NCBI GenBank assembly: GCA_036524115.1
Contig: DATDCY010000279.1
Span: 1-58,146, forward strand
Direction of reading: 5' to 3'
DNA: 58,146 nucleotides
Source: a bacterium
Lineage (GTDB): Bacteria > JAUVQV01 > DATDCY01
The notes under the pieces were generated by a model. That model saw only the letters and a program-made list of their open reading frames with translations, was not told the origin of the DNA and did not search any database. Below, in pieces: positions 1 to 8,995 of this stretch. A program made the position numbers and the translations under genes. Each line of letters begins with the position of its first letter. Within the stretch, counting starts at the first letter, position 1.

Positions 1-246
1 CCGCGCCCGGGCTCGGGATCGCCGGCGCTCGCCGGCGCCGTCTGCTCGCCGCCGGTGCTTGTGGGCAGGGGCGTGCTCGCGGGGGCTGGCGTCGAGATCG
101 GCCCGGAGGCGGTCATCGGGCCGGAGGCGCGCATCGGTGCCGGCGCGCGCATCCGCCGCTCCGTGGTCCTCGAGGGCGCCGACGTCCCAGCGGGCACCGA
201 CCTCGACGGCGCGGTGCTCTTCCCCGGCGGGAGGCTCGACGCGTGA
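1..246 (+). CDS. C-terminal fragment of a nucleotidyltransferase-like protein (left-handed beta-helix, hexapeptide repeats); 5' end lies outside the window
   Basis: Frame +1 is open from base 1 to TGA 244-246. Translation ...VGRGVLAGAGVEIGPEAVIGPEARIGAGARIRRSVVLEGADVPAG... has the [LIV]-G-x4 hexapeptide periodicity of sugar-phosphate nucleotidyltransferase C-termini. Confidence 0.5.
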   Translation, partial: PRPGSGSPALAGAVCSPPVLVGRGVLAGAGVEIGPEAVIGPEARIGAGARIRRSVVLEGADVPAGTDLDGAVLFPGGRLDA

Positions 247-1145
247 GCCGCCATCTCCTGCGCGCGCTGGTCGCGGCCGCCGTGCTGCTGCCGCCCGCGC
301 CAGCAGCCCGCGGCGAGGGCCTCCCCGACGGCGGGCTCCTGCACACGCCGTTCGGCACCCACCTCGCCAACCGCCTCGTCGCGGACGGCTTCGAGCGCAA
401 GCGCGTCGAGGCGCTGCTGGCCGACCCGCGGCTGGCCCTCAACCAGACGACGCTCGCCTACGCGATCGTCTACCGCGAGTCCAAGGCCGACTACTCCAAG
501 TTCCTCACCGAGGAGCGCCTCGGGCGCGCCCGCGCGTTCATCGCGGAGAACGGCGCGACCCTCGCCGCGGCCACGGCGCGCACCGGGGTCCCCGGCGAGG
601 TCATCGCCTCGATCCTGATGATCGAGTCCGACTTCGGCGCCTACCGCAAGCTGCACCCGGTCTTCGGCGTCTTCGTGACGCTGCTCTGGGCGGCCGAGCC
701 GGCGAACTTCGAGGCGGTGCGCGGCGCCGTGCGCAGCCGCGTGCCGGACGCCACCGCGGAGAAGATCCGCGAGCGCTCGCGGACAAAGGCGAAGTGGGCC
801 TACGAGCAGCTGACGTACCTGCTGCGCATCGGCGAGCGCGAGAAGATCGACCTGCCGGCGCTCGAAGGCTCGTGGGCCGGCGCCTTCGGCTGGTCGCAGT
901 TCATCCCCTCGAGCTACTGGGGCTACGCCATCGACGGCAACGGCGACGGCCGCGCCGACCTCTACACCGCGGCGGACGCGGTCTTCTCGGTCGGCAACTA
1001 CCTCAAGAGCTTCGGCTGGAAGGAGGGGCTGACCGAGCAGCAGCGCCTCGCCGTCGTGCGGCGCTACAACAACAGCGAGCTCTACGCGGCGACCGTGCTC
1101 GACGCGGCGTCGCGGCTGCGCTCGCCCGCGAGAGCCGGGCCCTGA
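243..1145 (+). CDS. lytic murein transglycosylase (MltB-like family), exported
   Basis: GTG 243 overlaps the upstream stop (GTGA). Signal peptide MSRHLLRALVAAAVLLPPAPAA. Motifs ILMIESDFG, GAFGWSQFIPSSY, DGNGDGRADL and YNNSELY are typical of lytic murein transglycosylase B-type enzymes. Confidence 0.8.
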   Translation: MSRHLLRALVAAAVLLPPAPAARGEGLPDGGLLHTPFGTHLANRLVADGFERKRVEALLADPRLALNQTTLAYAIVYRESKADYSKFLTEERLGRARAFIAENGATLAAATARTGVPGEVIASILMIESDFGAYRKLHPVFGVFVTLLWAAEPANFEAVRGAVRSRVPDATAEKIRERSRTKAKWAYEQLTYLLRIGEREKIDLPALEGSWAGAFGWSQFIPSSYWGYAIDGNGDGRADLYTAADAVFSVGNYLKSFGWKEGLTEQQRLAVVRRYNNSELYAATVLDAASRLRSPARAGP

Positions 1146-1174
1146 GCACCGCGAGGCGCAACCAGCGCCGCGAG

Positions 1175-1471
1175 GTGCGCAAGTTCAGGCGCATCTACGT
1201 GCGCTACGGCCACCCGCTGCCGCTGCACCAGGCCGTCGCGCAGAAGATCACGACGAAGGGGCTGTTCCTCCTGACGAACGGCGCCGTCTACTCGGTGGGG
1301 AGCCCGATCGCGATCGAGATCAGGGGCCCGGCGGACGCCTGGGTCGCCCGCGGCGTCGTGCGCCACGCGTTCAAGGCGCCGCCGAGCCTGGCGACGTTCA
1401 CGAACCCGGGAATGGGCGTGGAGTTCACCGACGTCCCGGACGCCTGCCGCGAGTACCTCGCGTCGCTGTAG
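1175..1471 (+). CDS. PilZ domain protein (start uncertain)
   Basis: Only the tail of the long ORF 59..1471 looks protein-like: RKFRRIYVRYGHPLPL...LLTNGAVYSVGSPIAIEI...PGMGVEFTDVP resembles PilZ (RxxxR near the N-terminus, GxGvxF near the C-terminus). There is no in-frame ATG after the mltB-like stop, so GTG 1175 was chosen. Confidence 0.5.
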   Translation: MRKFRRIYVRYGHPLPLHQAVAQKITTKGLFLLTNGAVYSVGSPIAIEIRGPADAWVARGVVRHAFKAPPSLATFTNPGMGVEFTDVPDACREYLASL

Positions 1472-1472
1472 C

Positions 1473-2018
1473 CTACGGAACGAACACGGCGGCGGCGACG
1501 ACGGTGGTCCAGAAACCGCGCTTGTCGCCGATCGCCGACTGGGTGACGTTCGCCGTCTTGTAGATCTGGTTGTTGATCTTCCAGAGCTCCTTGCGCTCGT
1601 CCCAGTGCACGTTCTCGTTGAACTCGATGCCGAGCGTCGTCGCGAGCATCGAGGCCGCCAGGTCCTCGGCGTAGTCGCCGGAGATCTCCTCGGTCAGCCC
1701 GTAGCAGTGGTGCTCGGAGAGGTAGCCGTACCGCGCCTTGTTCGAGGGGCGCGCCACGCCGATCGAGGAGGCGATGAGCCGGTTCGGCTCGTTCGTCGCC
1801 TGCTCGGCGAGCACGCAGTGCACGATCGCGCCGGGCCGCAGCATGGTGTTGCCCTTGGTGCGCGAGACCACCTTGCAGTGCGGCGGGAAGATGCTCGAGA
1901 CCCGCACGAGGTTGTACTTCTCGATCTGCGCGTCGCGCAGCGCCTTCTCGAAGGACTGGAGCTTCTCCTTGTGGGTCCCCACGCCCTTCGTGAAGAAGAC
2001 CTTCGTCGGCACGTACAT
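1473..2018 (-). CDS. pdaD: pyruvoyl-dependent arginine decarboxylase
   Basis: 181 aa starting [46 protein letters not shown], with the Ser-Ser self-cleavage site (VSSI). Strong full-length resemblance to PvlArgDC. ATG at 2018 is preceded by a G-rich RBS. Confidence 0.9.
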   Translation of the reverse strand: MYVPTKVFFTKGVGTHKEKLQSFEKALRDAQIEKYNLVRVSSIFPPHCKVVSRTKGNTMLRPGAIVHCVLAEQATNEPNRLIASSIGVARPSNKARYGYLSEHHCYGLTEEISGDYAEDLAASMLATTLGIEFNENVHWDERKELWKINNQIYKTANVTQSAIGDKRGFWTTVVAAAVFVP

Positions 2019-2074
2019 GGCTCACCCCCCCCCGTTATGCGCGGGGCCGATGGTATGGCCGGCCCCTCCCCGTG

Positions 2075-3247
2075 TCAAACGCCGCGGCCGCCGCCGGGGC
2101 ACGCCCGCCGGGACGCGCCGGACGCGCGCTCCTCGCGCCGCTTGAGGCGCCCGATCCGCGCGTGCAGCGCCCGGTTGCCGCGGTACTTCGCGACGAGCTC
2201 CTGCAGCGCCGCCTCCTTGCGCACCAGCAGGTTCTTGCGCCGGCGCGGCTTCTGGGTCGCGAGCAGCCAGGCCGTGAGCAGCGGCAGCGCGATCGAGGCG
2301 TCGCAGTAGGCCGTGACGTTGTTGATGGTGGCGTCCTTGACCTTGCCCCAGGAGCGCGCCTCCGAGGCCGTCGCCCCGGAGAGGCCGCCCCAGTGCGGCG
2401 CGTCCGCCGTGTACTGGATGAAGAAGTCGTGCCCCCCCTGGTCGTCCTCGAGGATCTGCCAGAGCGTCGGCTGCGTCTGCATGAAGAAGTTCTTCGGCGC
2501 GCCGCCGCCGACCATGAGCGCGCCGTTCTTCTTCGAGGCGCGCACGAGCGCCGCGGTCTCGAGCACGTCCAGCGAGGGGTCGATGGGCACGCGGTTGCCC
2601 TCGAGGTAGTTGATGACCAGGTTCATCCCGATCGAAGAGTCCCCGGGCGAGGCGACGTAGACCGGCACGCCGAGGGCCGCCGCGCGGCCGACGAAGGACT
2701 TCCCCGCCTGGGCGGCGCGCCGGTTCACCTCCTGCCCGAGGATCGCGTGCACGTCCGCGGTGGAGACCGGGCGCGTGAACTCCCGGGTGATGAAGGCCTC
2801 GACGATCGCGCGGTCGGTCTCGATCATCGTGGAGCCCTCCTGGATGAAGACGTCGTAGATGCGGGCGATGCCGGCGTCCTTCAGCTCGTTGTCGTCCACC
2901 GCGAAGTGCCCCTGGCGCATCGGGAAGTCGAAGGCCCGGTGCAGGTCGTGGTAGAGGTTCGCGCCGGTGGCGATCACCCAGTCGACCCAGCCGTTCTCCA
3001 TGAGGGTGATCAGCGCGCCCGACATGCCGATGGGCGTCATCGCGCCGGCGAGCGTCAGGCAGACCGTCGCGTTCGCGCGGAGCATGTTCTCGTAGACCTG
3101 GCAGCTCTCGGCCAGGCGGCGCGCGTTGAAGCCCATGCCGGCGTAGACCTCGACGAGGTCCTTGACCGACATGCCGCGGCGCAGGCGGATCGGCTCGATG
3201 CTGCGTCCCCGCAGGTACTTTCGCTCCATCGCCTTCTCTCGGCTCAT
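2075..3247 (-). CDS. deoxyhypusine synthase-like protein (homospermidine-synthase-like)
   Basis: Internal ATG at 3247 of ORF 2075..3523 (MSREKAMERKYLRG...). Shows TLAGAMTPIGMSG, WVIATGANLYHD and GGGAPKNFFMQTQP, typical of the deoxyhypusine synthase family. Sits next to pdaD on the same strand. Confidence 0.85.
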   Translation of the reverse strand: MSREKAMERKYLRGRSIEPIRLRRGMSVKDLVEVYAGMGFNARRLAESCQVYENMLRANATVCLTLAGAMTPIGMSGALITLMENGWVDWVIATGANLYHDLHRAFDFPMRQGHFAVDDNELKDAGIARIYDVFIQEGSTMIETDRAIVEAFITREFTRPVSTADVHAILGQEVNRRAAQAGKSFVGRAAALGVPVYVASPGDSSIGMNLVINYLEGNRVPIDPSLDVLETAALVRASKKNGALMVGGGAPKNFFMQTQPTLWQILEDDQGGHDFFIQYTADAPHWGGLSGATASEARSWGKVKDATINNVTAYCDASIALPLLTAWLLATQKPRRRKNLLVRKEAALQELVAKYRGNRALHARIGRLKRREERASGASRRACPGGGRGV

Positions 3248-3455
3248 CGGCACCCTCCCCCTTGCGGCTCGCGTCTGATCGGCGAGGGACTTGTAGCATC
3301 CCGCCGCGGCTTCTTCAACCCCGCGAGCCGTTGACACCCCTGATCCTGTGCGGTTCAATGAGCTTCCCGTCGCCCTTCGAGCGGGCGCGGAGCGGCCGAC
3401 GACGAGGACGACGCGGGGCGCCCGGCGCACCCGCACCGACAAGGAGAGGCAAGCG

Positions 3456-4658
3456 ATGCACCCGTACCGCGCGACACAAGTGAGCGAGCACGTCTGGTGG
3501 GTGGGGGCCGTGGACTGGAACATCCGCGACTTCCACGGCTACGTCACCGGCCGCGGCAGCACCTACAACGCCTACCTCGTCATGGGCGAGAAGATCACGC
3601 TGATCGACACCGTCAAGGCGCCGTTCTGCGGCGAGCTGCTCAGCCGCATCGCCTCGGTCGTCGACCCGGCCGAGATCAGCTACATCGTCTCCAACCACGC
3701 CGAGATGGACCACTCGGGCGGCCTCGCGACGGTCATCGGCGCGGTCAGGCCGGAGAAGGTCTTCGCCTCCCAGCTCGGCGCGAAGGCGCTCGCGGAGCAC
3801 TTCCAGCTGCCGGTGCCGGTCACCCCGGTCAAGGACGGCGAGCAGCTCGACCTCGGCAACCTCAAGCTGGCGTTCGCGGAGACCCGCATGGTGCACTGGC
3901 CCGACAGCATGGTCTCCTGGCTCCCCGCCGACGGCGTACTGTTCTCGCAGGACGGCTTCGGCATGCACCTGGCCACGAGCGAGCGCTTCGCCGACCAGAT
4001 CGACGCCTCCATCATGGAGTACGAGGGCGGGCGCTACTTCGCGAACATCCTGCTGCCGTTCGCGCCCCTGGTCGCGAAGGTCATCGCGCGACTGCCCACG
4101 CTCGGCATCGCGCCGAAGGTGATCGCGCCGGACCACGGGCCGATCTGGCGGCGGGACCTCGGCACCGTCCTCGGCTGGTACGACGCCTGGACGCGCCAGC
4201 AGAAGAAGCGCAAGGCGCTCGTCGTCTACGACACGATGTGGAACAGCACCTCGCAGATGGCTCACGCGGTCGCCGACGGCCTGGATGCCGGCGGCGCGAG
4301 CGTGAAGCTGATGAGCCTCAAGGGCAACCACCGCAGCGACATCCTGCACGAGGTGCTCGACGCGGGCGCGCTGCTCGTCGGCTCGCCGACCCTCAACAAC
4401 AACATGTACCCGTCCCTTGCCGACTTCCTGACGTACCTCAAGGGTCTCAAGCCGCAGAACCTGATCGGCGCCGCCTTCGGCTCCTACGGCTGGAGCGGCG
4501 AGGCGGTCGCGCAGGTCAGGGAACTGCTCGAGGCGATGAAGGTCGAGCTCGTCCACGAGGGGCTGCGACAGCGCTTCGTGCCGGACGCGAAGTGCCTCGG
4601 CGAGTGCGCCGCCCTCGGCCGGGCGACGGCCGAGAAGCTCGCCGCCCGCGTCGGCTGA
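3456..4658 (+). CDS. flavodiiron protein (FprA/rubredoxin:oxygen or NO reductase type)
   Basis: ATG 3456 follows AAGGAGAGG. Has the metallo-beta-lactamase-like di-iron motif SNHAEMDHSGG and a C-terminal flavodoxin-like domain (ALVVYDTMWNSTSQMAH...GSPTLNNNM). Confidence 0.9.
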   Translation: MHPYRATQVSEHVWWVGAVDWNIRDFHGYVTGRGSTYNAYLVMGEKITLIDTVKAPFCGELLSRIASVVDPAEISYIVSNHAEMDHSGGLATVIGAVRPEKVFASQLGAKALAEHFQLPVPVTPVKDGEQLDLGNLKLAFAETRMVHWPDSMVSWLPADGVLFSQDGFGMHLATSERFADQIDASIMEYEGGRYFANILLPFAPLVAKVIARLPTLGIAPKVIAPDHGPIWRRDLGTVLGWYDAWTRQQKKRKALVVYDTMWNSTSQMAHAVADGLDAGGASVKLMSLKGNHRSDILHEVLDAGALLVGSPTLNNNMYPSLADFLTYLKGLKPQNLIGAAFGSYGWSGEAVAQVRELLEAMKVELVHEGLRQRFVPDAKCLGECAALGRATAEKLAARVG

Positions 4659-4667
4659 CGCGACGCC

Positions 4668-4925
4668 TCACGGGCGGGCCGGCCCGCCCCACCCGACGTC
4701 CCGCGCCTCGGTCCGCCGGAGGATGCAGCGGCAGCCGTCGCCGGTCACGCAGCGTGCGCCCATGCGCGTCGGCTCACCCCTCGCACCCTCCCGCTGCGAG
4801 CAGCCGATGGAGCGGACGAGCTGGACGATAACTTCGCTGTTGAGGCTGCGCCCGCTGCCCGCGGCCGCCATCTGAAGCCGCGCGAGCAGGGCGTCGGGAA
4901 TCCCCTCGACCGTGATGCTCGCCAT
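4668..4925 (-). CDS. ribbon-helix-helix (Arc/FitA/VapB-like) DNA-binding protein
   Basis: N-terminus MASITVEGIPDALLARLQMAAAGSGRSLNSEVIVQL matches the RHH antitoxin-type fold pattern. The C-terminal 40 aa are low-information. ATG 4925 lies 8 nt after the upstream stop. Confidence 0.55.
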   Translation of the reverse strand: MASITVEGIPDALLARLQMAAAGSGRSLNSEVIVQLVRSIGCSQREGARGEPTRMGARCVTGDGCRCILRRTEARDVGWGGPARP

Positions 4926-4933
4926 CGCGCGCC

Positions 4934-5377
4934 TCAGCCGGCGGCACCCGCCGCGGTGATGACCGCCGGTCCCGGCGCGGCAGGCGCGCCCGGGGATTCC
5001 TCGAGCAGCAGCGCCAGCGAGGCGTCGGCGGGGGCACCCTCGGCGACGAGCGCCAGGATGGCCCCGGGGTCCTCGATCAGGGCGCGCACCCGGCGCTCGC
5101 CCGCGTATTCCCAGCCGCCGCGCGGGGCGCGCACGAAGACCGGCACGGCGGCACCCGAGGCCGCGAACTCCCGCGCCACCCGGGCCTGGCCCGCGCCGGG
5201 CCCGATCACGACCTCCTCCGGCGCGCGGGGGTTCCTGGCGCGCGTCAGGCAGAGACAGACGACCCTGCCCCCCCGCGTCGGGAGCGCCGCGCGCCGGTTC
5301 CCGCCGACGGCGGCGTGGATCTGCCCCCGGGTGTACGCCCTGCCCTTCTCGAACTCCGCCGTCCCGAGCGCTTCCAC
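4934..5377 (-). CDS. hypothetical protein (start uncertain)
   Basis: This is the 3' third of ORF 4934..6046. GTG 5377 follows GGGAG. Sequence ...FEKGRAYTRGQIHAAVGGNRRAALPTRGGRVVCLCLTRARNPRAPEEVVIGPG...VPVFVRAPRGGWEYAGERRV looks like a folded domain, but I cannot place it in a family. Confidence 0.4.
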   Translation of the reverse strand: MEALGTAEFEKGRAYTRGQIHAAVGGNRRAALPTRGGRVVCLCLTRARNPRAPEEVVIGPGAGQARVAREFAASGAAVPVFVRAPRGGWEYAGERRVRALIEDPGAILALVAEGAPADASLALLLEESPGAPAAPGPAVITAAGAAG

Positions 5378-5388
5378 CGCCAAGCTCC

Positions 5389-5823
5389 CTAGTGGTAGCG
5401 GGTCGCCCGCTCGCAGGCGTCGCCCTCGCGCGGCGGGCCGGGATCCTCGCCGCCGTCGCGCCGCTGCGCCTGCCGCAGCAGGCCGCCGACCATCCGCGAC
5501 AGATCCTGCAGCTCGTTCGCGTACTGCGCCTCGGTCTCCGCCTTCATCTCCCCGAGCGCGACCATGAGCTCCAGCAGCGGGGTCAGCTCCATGAGCGCGC
5601 GCTTGGAAGCCGCGAAGTGGGTCGTCTTCCACTGCTTCTCCCAGAAGCCGAGGCCCGACGCCAGGTTGAGGACGAGCGCCAGGGTGTTCTCGCGGACGCG
5701 CTCGCCGACCGCGGAATGCGCCGTCCCGTTGCCGGCCTCCTGGTAGAGGCGCGTGCCGAGCGCGATGGACTTGCGGTACACGTCGAGGTTCTCGATCCGG
5801 TACGCGTTGGTGCCTGTCGTCAT
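5389..5823 (-). CDS. four-helix-bundle protein (23S rRNA intervening-sequence protein family)
   Basis: ATG 5823. MTTGTNAYRIENLDVYRKSIALGTRLYQEAG...ALMELTPLLELMVALGEM fits the family pattern (F/Y-x-dL-x-V-W/Y-x-k, helical C-terminal part). Confidence 0.75.
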   Translation of the reverse strand: MTTGTNAYRIENLDVYRKSIALGTRLYQEAGNGTAHSAVGERVRENTLALVLNLASGLGFWEKQWKTTHFAASKRALMELTPLLELMVALGEMKAETEAQYANELQDLSRMVGGLLRQAQRRDGGEDPGPPREGDACERATRYH

Positions 5824-6157
5824 GGCTCTCCCCTCCCGTGGGATGTTGTGCGCCGGGAGGGAGAGCATCAAGCGTGCCAACGCCTCGGAGGCCCGAAATG
5901 GCGTGGATTACGGGCGTGCAGACCGCGCCGGGCAGCGGCGTCCAGCCCCTCTCGCGGCCAGGGCCGTGCGCGGGATGTCCCCGCCGGGCACAGCCGCACC
6001 CCGCTGAGAGCGTATCTGATCGCCTCGAGTCTCGCAGGCCGCTCAAAAGGGTCCAGATGCAAGGCGGACGACGATCCGGCGACTGAGGCGACCTCGTGGT
6101 CGCCGCAGGGAGGCGGGAGGAGTCCGACGCCGCAGATGGGCGCTGTTCAGCGGCCTG

Positions 6158-6571
6158 CTAGAGGTGGCCGGCGCTGGTGACGGTGAGCTTGCCGTGCTTG
6201 ACGCCGCGGATGCCGGTCAGGGAATCCGCGATGCGCTTGATCACCGGCACCGGGCCGCGCAGCACGAGCACCTCCAGGCACAGGTGCGCGTCGAGATGGA
6301 TGTGCAGCGTCGAGAGGATCGCCGCGTGGTGCTGGTGCTGGATGCCGGTCAGCGCATCGCCCAGCTCGTGCACGTGGTGGTCGTACACGAGCGTCAGCGT
6401 GCCGATCATCTCGCCGGCGCCGCCCTCCCAGGCCGCGTCGACGAGCCGGTTGCGGATAAGGTCGCGGATCGCCTCCGAGCGGTTGGCGTACCCCGCGCCC
6501 TCGATGAGCCCATCAAAGCTCTCGAGCAGCGGCCCCGGTATCGAGATGCCGAAGCGGACGAGCCCTCCCAT
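6158..6571 (-). CDS. nikR: nickel-responsive transcriptional regulator NikR
   Basis: N-terminal RHH ([35 protein letters not shown]) plus a C-terminal His-rich metal-binding domain ([21 protein letters not shown]...HIHLD). Confidence 0.85.
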   Translation of the reverse strand: MGGLVRFGISIPGPLLESFDGLIEGAGYANRSEAIRDLIRNRLVDAAWEGGAGEMIGTLTLVYDHHVHELGDALTGIQHQHHAAILSTLHIHLDAHLCLEVLVLRGPVPVIKRIADSLTGIRGVKHGKLTVTSAGHL

Positions 6572-6584
6572 CGCGCCGCCGTCC

Positions 6585-7892
6585 CTACGCCGGGCTCCGC
6601 CCGCCGTTGTCGATGAGCGCCCGCACCGGGGCCAGGCCGTAGGCGCTGCCCTTCTCGATCGCCGTGAGCACCGTGCCGCCGCCGGTGAAGAAGTAGTAGC
6701 GGGCGTTGTCCATGACCGAGAGGTAGAGCCCGGGGCAGAGGTTCTTGAACTCCTGCAGCGTGTCGCCGCCGCCGTAGAGCTTCATCGCCGCGCGGTTCTG
6801 GTCGATCGTCTCGTCCAGCGCCGCCGAGCCCTCGGTGAAGTGCGGCGTGAAGCCCATGACCGCGTTGACGAAGATCGTCTTCGCCTGCCCGAGGACCGCC
6901 GCCACCTGCGGGTCGCGGAACGAGCGCGGGTCGATGTCCAGGACGTAGCGCAGGCGCTCGCCCGCCTTGAAGTCGGCGAGCGCGCGGCTGCGGCAGCCGG
7001 CGGCGTCGCGCCGGTCGGCGAAATCCGACTCCACGACGAACGGCAGCTCCACGACCTTGCGTCCCGTCCGGTCCATCTCGACGAGCTGGCGCGCGGCCTC
7101 GACGTCCGACGGCGCCACCCCCTCGATCGTCACACCGTATTTCGCGCCGAGGTAGGCGTTGTACATCACGCCGCCGAGGATGAGGTGGTCGACCTTCCTG
7201 TAGATCTCGTGCAGCGGCCCGATCTTGGTGTCGTACTTGGCGCCGGCCACGACGGCGACGAACGGCCGCTCGGGCTCGAGCACCCGCCCGAGGTTCGCGA
7301 TCTCCTCCTGCATCAGGTAGCCGGCGAACGACGGCAGGTGCCGCGTGACGTCCACCGTGGAGCAGTGCGGCTGCCAGGAGCCGAAGGCGTCGTTGACGAA
7401 GACGTCGGCGAGGCCGGCGAGCTGTCGCGCGAAGGAGACGCGCGCCGGGCCGTCGACCTCCTCGCCGGCGAACCAGCGCACGTTCGGCAGGTAGATGCCG
7501 CCGTAGCGCCGCGCGCGCAGCTCGCGCACCGCGAGGTTGATCGAGGTGTCGATGCCGAGGATGCCCCGCTCGCCGTCGGGCGCCAGCTGCGGGACGGCGA
7601 AGCGCGCGTGCAGCTTCTGCTCGAGGTAGGCGACGATGGACTCGACGGCGTCGGCGGCGTCGCAGCGGATGGCGCCGCTCTTCTTGTCGCGCGGCCGGCC
7701 GATGTGCGTCATGAGGATCGGGCGGCCGCCGCGCTCGACGATGCTGTAGAGCGTGCCGATCGTGCGGTCGATGCGGTAGGGGTCCTTGACGACCCCCTTC
7801 TTGACGACGTTGTGGTCGAAGCGCACGAGCACCACCTTGCCGTCGAGATCGGCGTTCTGGACCAGGGGGAGCCCGGGGTCGAGCGTCGTCAT
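6585..7892 (-). CDS. pgk: phosphoglycerate kinase family protein (long, divergent form)
   Basis: ATG 7892 follows GAGGAGG. Shows [30 protein letters not shown] and [12 protein letters not shown], which are PGK-type motifs. About 435 aa. Confidence 0.75.
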   Translation of the reverse strand: MTTLDPGLPLVQNADLDGKVVLVRFDHNVVKKGVVKDPYRIDRTIGTLYSIVERGGRPILMTHIGRPRDKKSGAIRCDAADAVESIVAYLEQKLHARFAVPQLAPDGERGILGIDTSINLAVRELRARRYGGIYLPNVRWFAGEEVDGPARVSFARQLAGLADVFVNDAFGSWQPHCSTVDVTRHLPSFAGYLMQEEIANLGRVLEPERPFVAVVAGAKYDTKIGPLHEIYRKVDHLILGGVMYNAYLGAKYGVTIEGVAPSDVEAARQLVEMDRTGRKVVELPFVVESDFADRRDAAGCRSRALADFKAGERLRYVLDIDPRSFRDPQVAAVLGQAKTIFVNAVMGFTPHFTEGSAALDETIDQNRAAMKLYGGGDTLQEFKNLCPGLYLSVMDNARYYFFTGGGTVLTAIEKGSAYGLAPVRALIDNGGRSPA

Positions 7893-8203
7893 CTGCCTGC
7901 CTCCTCGCGTGGCGCGGCCGGGCGGTCGCGCGGTCCGCGTCGGATGGTATGCCAGCGCGCGGCGGCCGGTCAACCGCGGCGCGGGCACGATCCGCGCCTG
8001 CGCGCGGATCCAGCAGGCAACACTTGTTGATCTGCTTTGGATCAAGCTGGGTTCGTCGCACGTTGACACGGGAGCCACGCGAAGCAAAGCGCGATGACAA
8101 GTCTGCTCTTCTGATCCGCGCGTACGCACGGATTTGGGTGCGCGTTGTCGCGGGGCTGACGGCGGGGCTTTCCCCCGGGCGCCGCGGGGAGTAGAATCCC
8201 CCC

Positions 8204-8884
8204 ATGGAGAAGCGGCGACTGCTGCGCCGGATCGACCTCTTCGCCGACCTCACGGACCGGGAGGCCGACACGATCCTCGATGTCATGCGGGAGCGGTCCG
8301 TCCCGCGGGGGACGACCGTCTTCCACCAGTACGACAGCGGCGGCGGGCTGTACCTGATCCTCGCCGGGTCGGTGAAGATCGCGCGCACGGGCCGCGACGG
8401 GCGCGAGGTGACGGTGGCGGTGCTCGGCGAGGGGAACTTCTTCGGCGAGATGTCGCTCATCGACGGCCAGCCGCGCTCGGCGTCCGCCACGACGATCCAG
8501 GCGACACGCCTGCTCGTCCTGGACCGGGAGCACTTCCAGCGCTACGTCCTGGCGCAGCCGCGGATCGTCGCCAAGCTGCTGCGCGAGCTCTCCAAGCGGC
8601 TGCGCGCCGCCGACCAGGCGATCGAGAACCTGGCGCTCGGTTCGGTACGCGACCGGCTGACGCACCTGCTCGGCCACCTCGGGCGGCGCGTGCCGCTCAA
8701 GGAAGGACGCGGCGTCATCGAGCGCTCGCCGACGCACCAGGAGCTGGCGGAGATGGTCGGCTCCTCGCGGGAGACCGTGACGCGCACGCTCGCCGCGATG
8801 GAGGGCGACGAGCTGATCAAGTTCGACCGGCGGCGGATCGTGCTGCTGCCCGCCTTCTTCGCCGCCGAACCCCGCGGAACGTAG
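8204..8884 (+). CDS. Crp/Fnr family transcriptional regulator
   Basis: cNMP-binding domain (FGEMSLIDGQPRSASA) and a C-terminal HTH (THQELAEMVGSSRETVTRTLAAM). Confidence 0.9.
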   Translation: MEKRRLLRRIDLFADLTDREADTILDVMRERSVPRGTTVFHQYDSGGGLYLILAGSVKIARTGRDGREVTVAVLGEGNFFGEMSLIDGQPRSASATTIQATRLLVLDREHFQRYVLAQPRIVAKLLRELSKRLRAADQAIENLALGSVRDRLTHLLGHLGRRVPLKEGRGVIERSPTHQELAEMVGSSRETVTRTLAAMEGDELIKFDRRRIVLLPAFFAAEPRGT

Positions 8885-8995
8885 GCGCGCGCCGACTCCG
8901 GCCCCTCATCACCGGCGAAGTCCTCTCCGCCCCAGCGGCTTCTCGCGGGCGCTTCCCCGGGGGGCTCACGGCGGGATGGCCCGGCTTCGCCGCTG

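Noticed and set aside
59-1471. Long ORF (470 aa) spanning the mltB-like gene in another frame
   Set aside because: Arg/Ala/Pro/Gly-rich low-complexity translation, typical of off-frame reading in about 70% GC DNA. It overlaps a gene with clear family motifs. Only its last roughly 100 codons (PilZ-like) look real.
3348-3455. Upstream extensions offered by the ORF track (3348 for the flavodiiron gene, 3523 for DHS-like, 8129 for pgk, 10741 for PxxKW, 26656 for Big_1, 35085 and 35267 for the HAO-like and ferredoxin genes, 51796 for PhnD-like)
   Set aside because: The extensions are low-complexity and lack an RBS. Internal ATGs are preceded by good Shine-Dalgarno sequences and start at the point where family similarity or a signal peptide begins.
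8027-8045. Palindrome TTGATC-N7-GATCAA in the pgk / Crp-Fnr divergent intergenic region as an FNR/CRP box
   Set aside because: The half-sites resemble FNR (TTGAT), but the spacing is TTGAT-N9-ATCAA rather than N4. Without a genome-wide motif I cannot support it as a Crp/Fnr site, although it may bind another dimeric regulator.
2022-8490. Various alternate-frame ORFs (for example 2022..3299, 2072..3334, 3315..4556, 3497..4831, 6177..8030, 6406..8490)
   Set aside because: Each overlaps a better-supported gene (DHS-like, flavodiiron, nikR, pgk) and has biased, motif-free composition.
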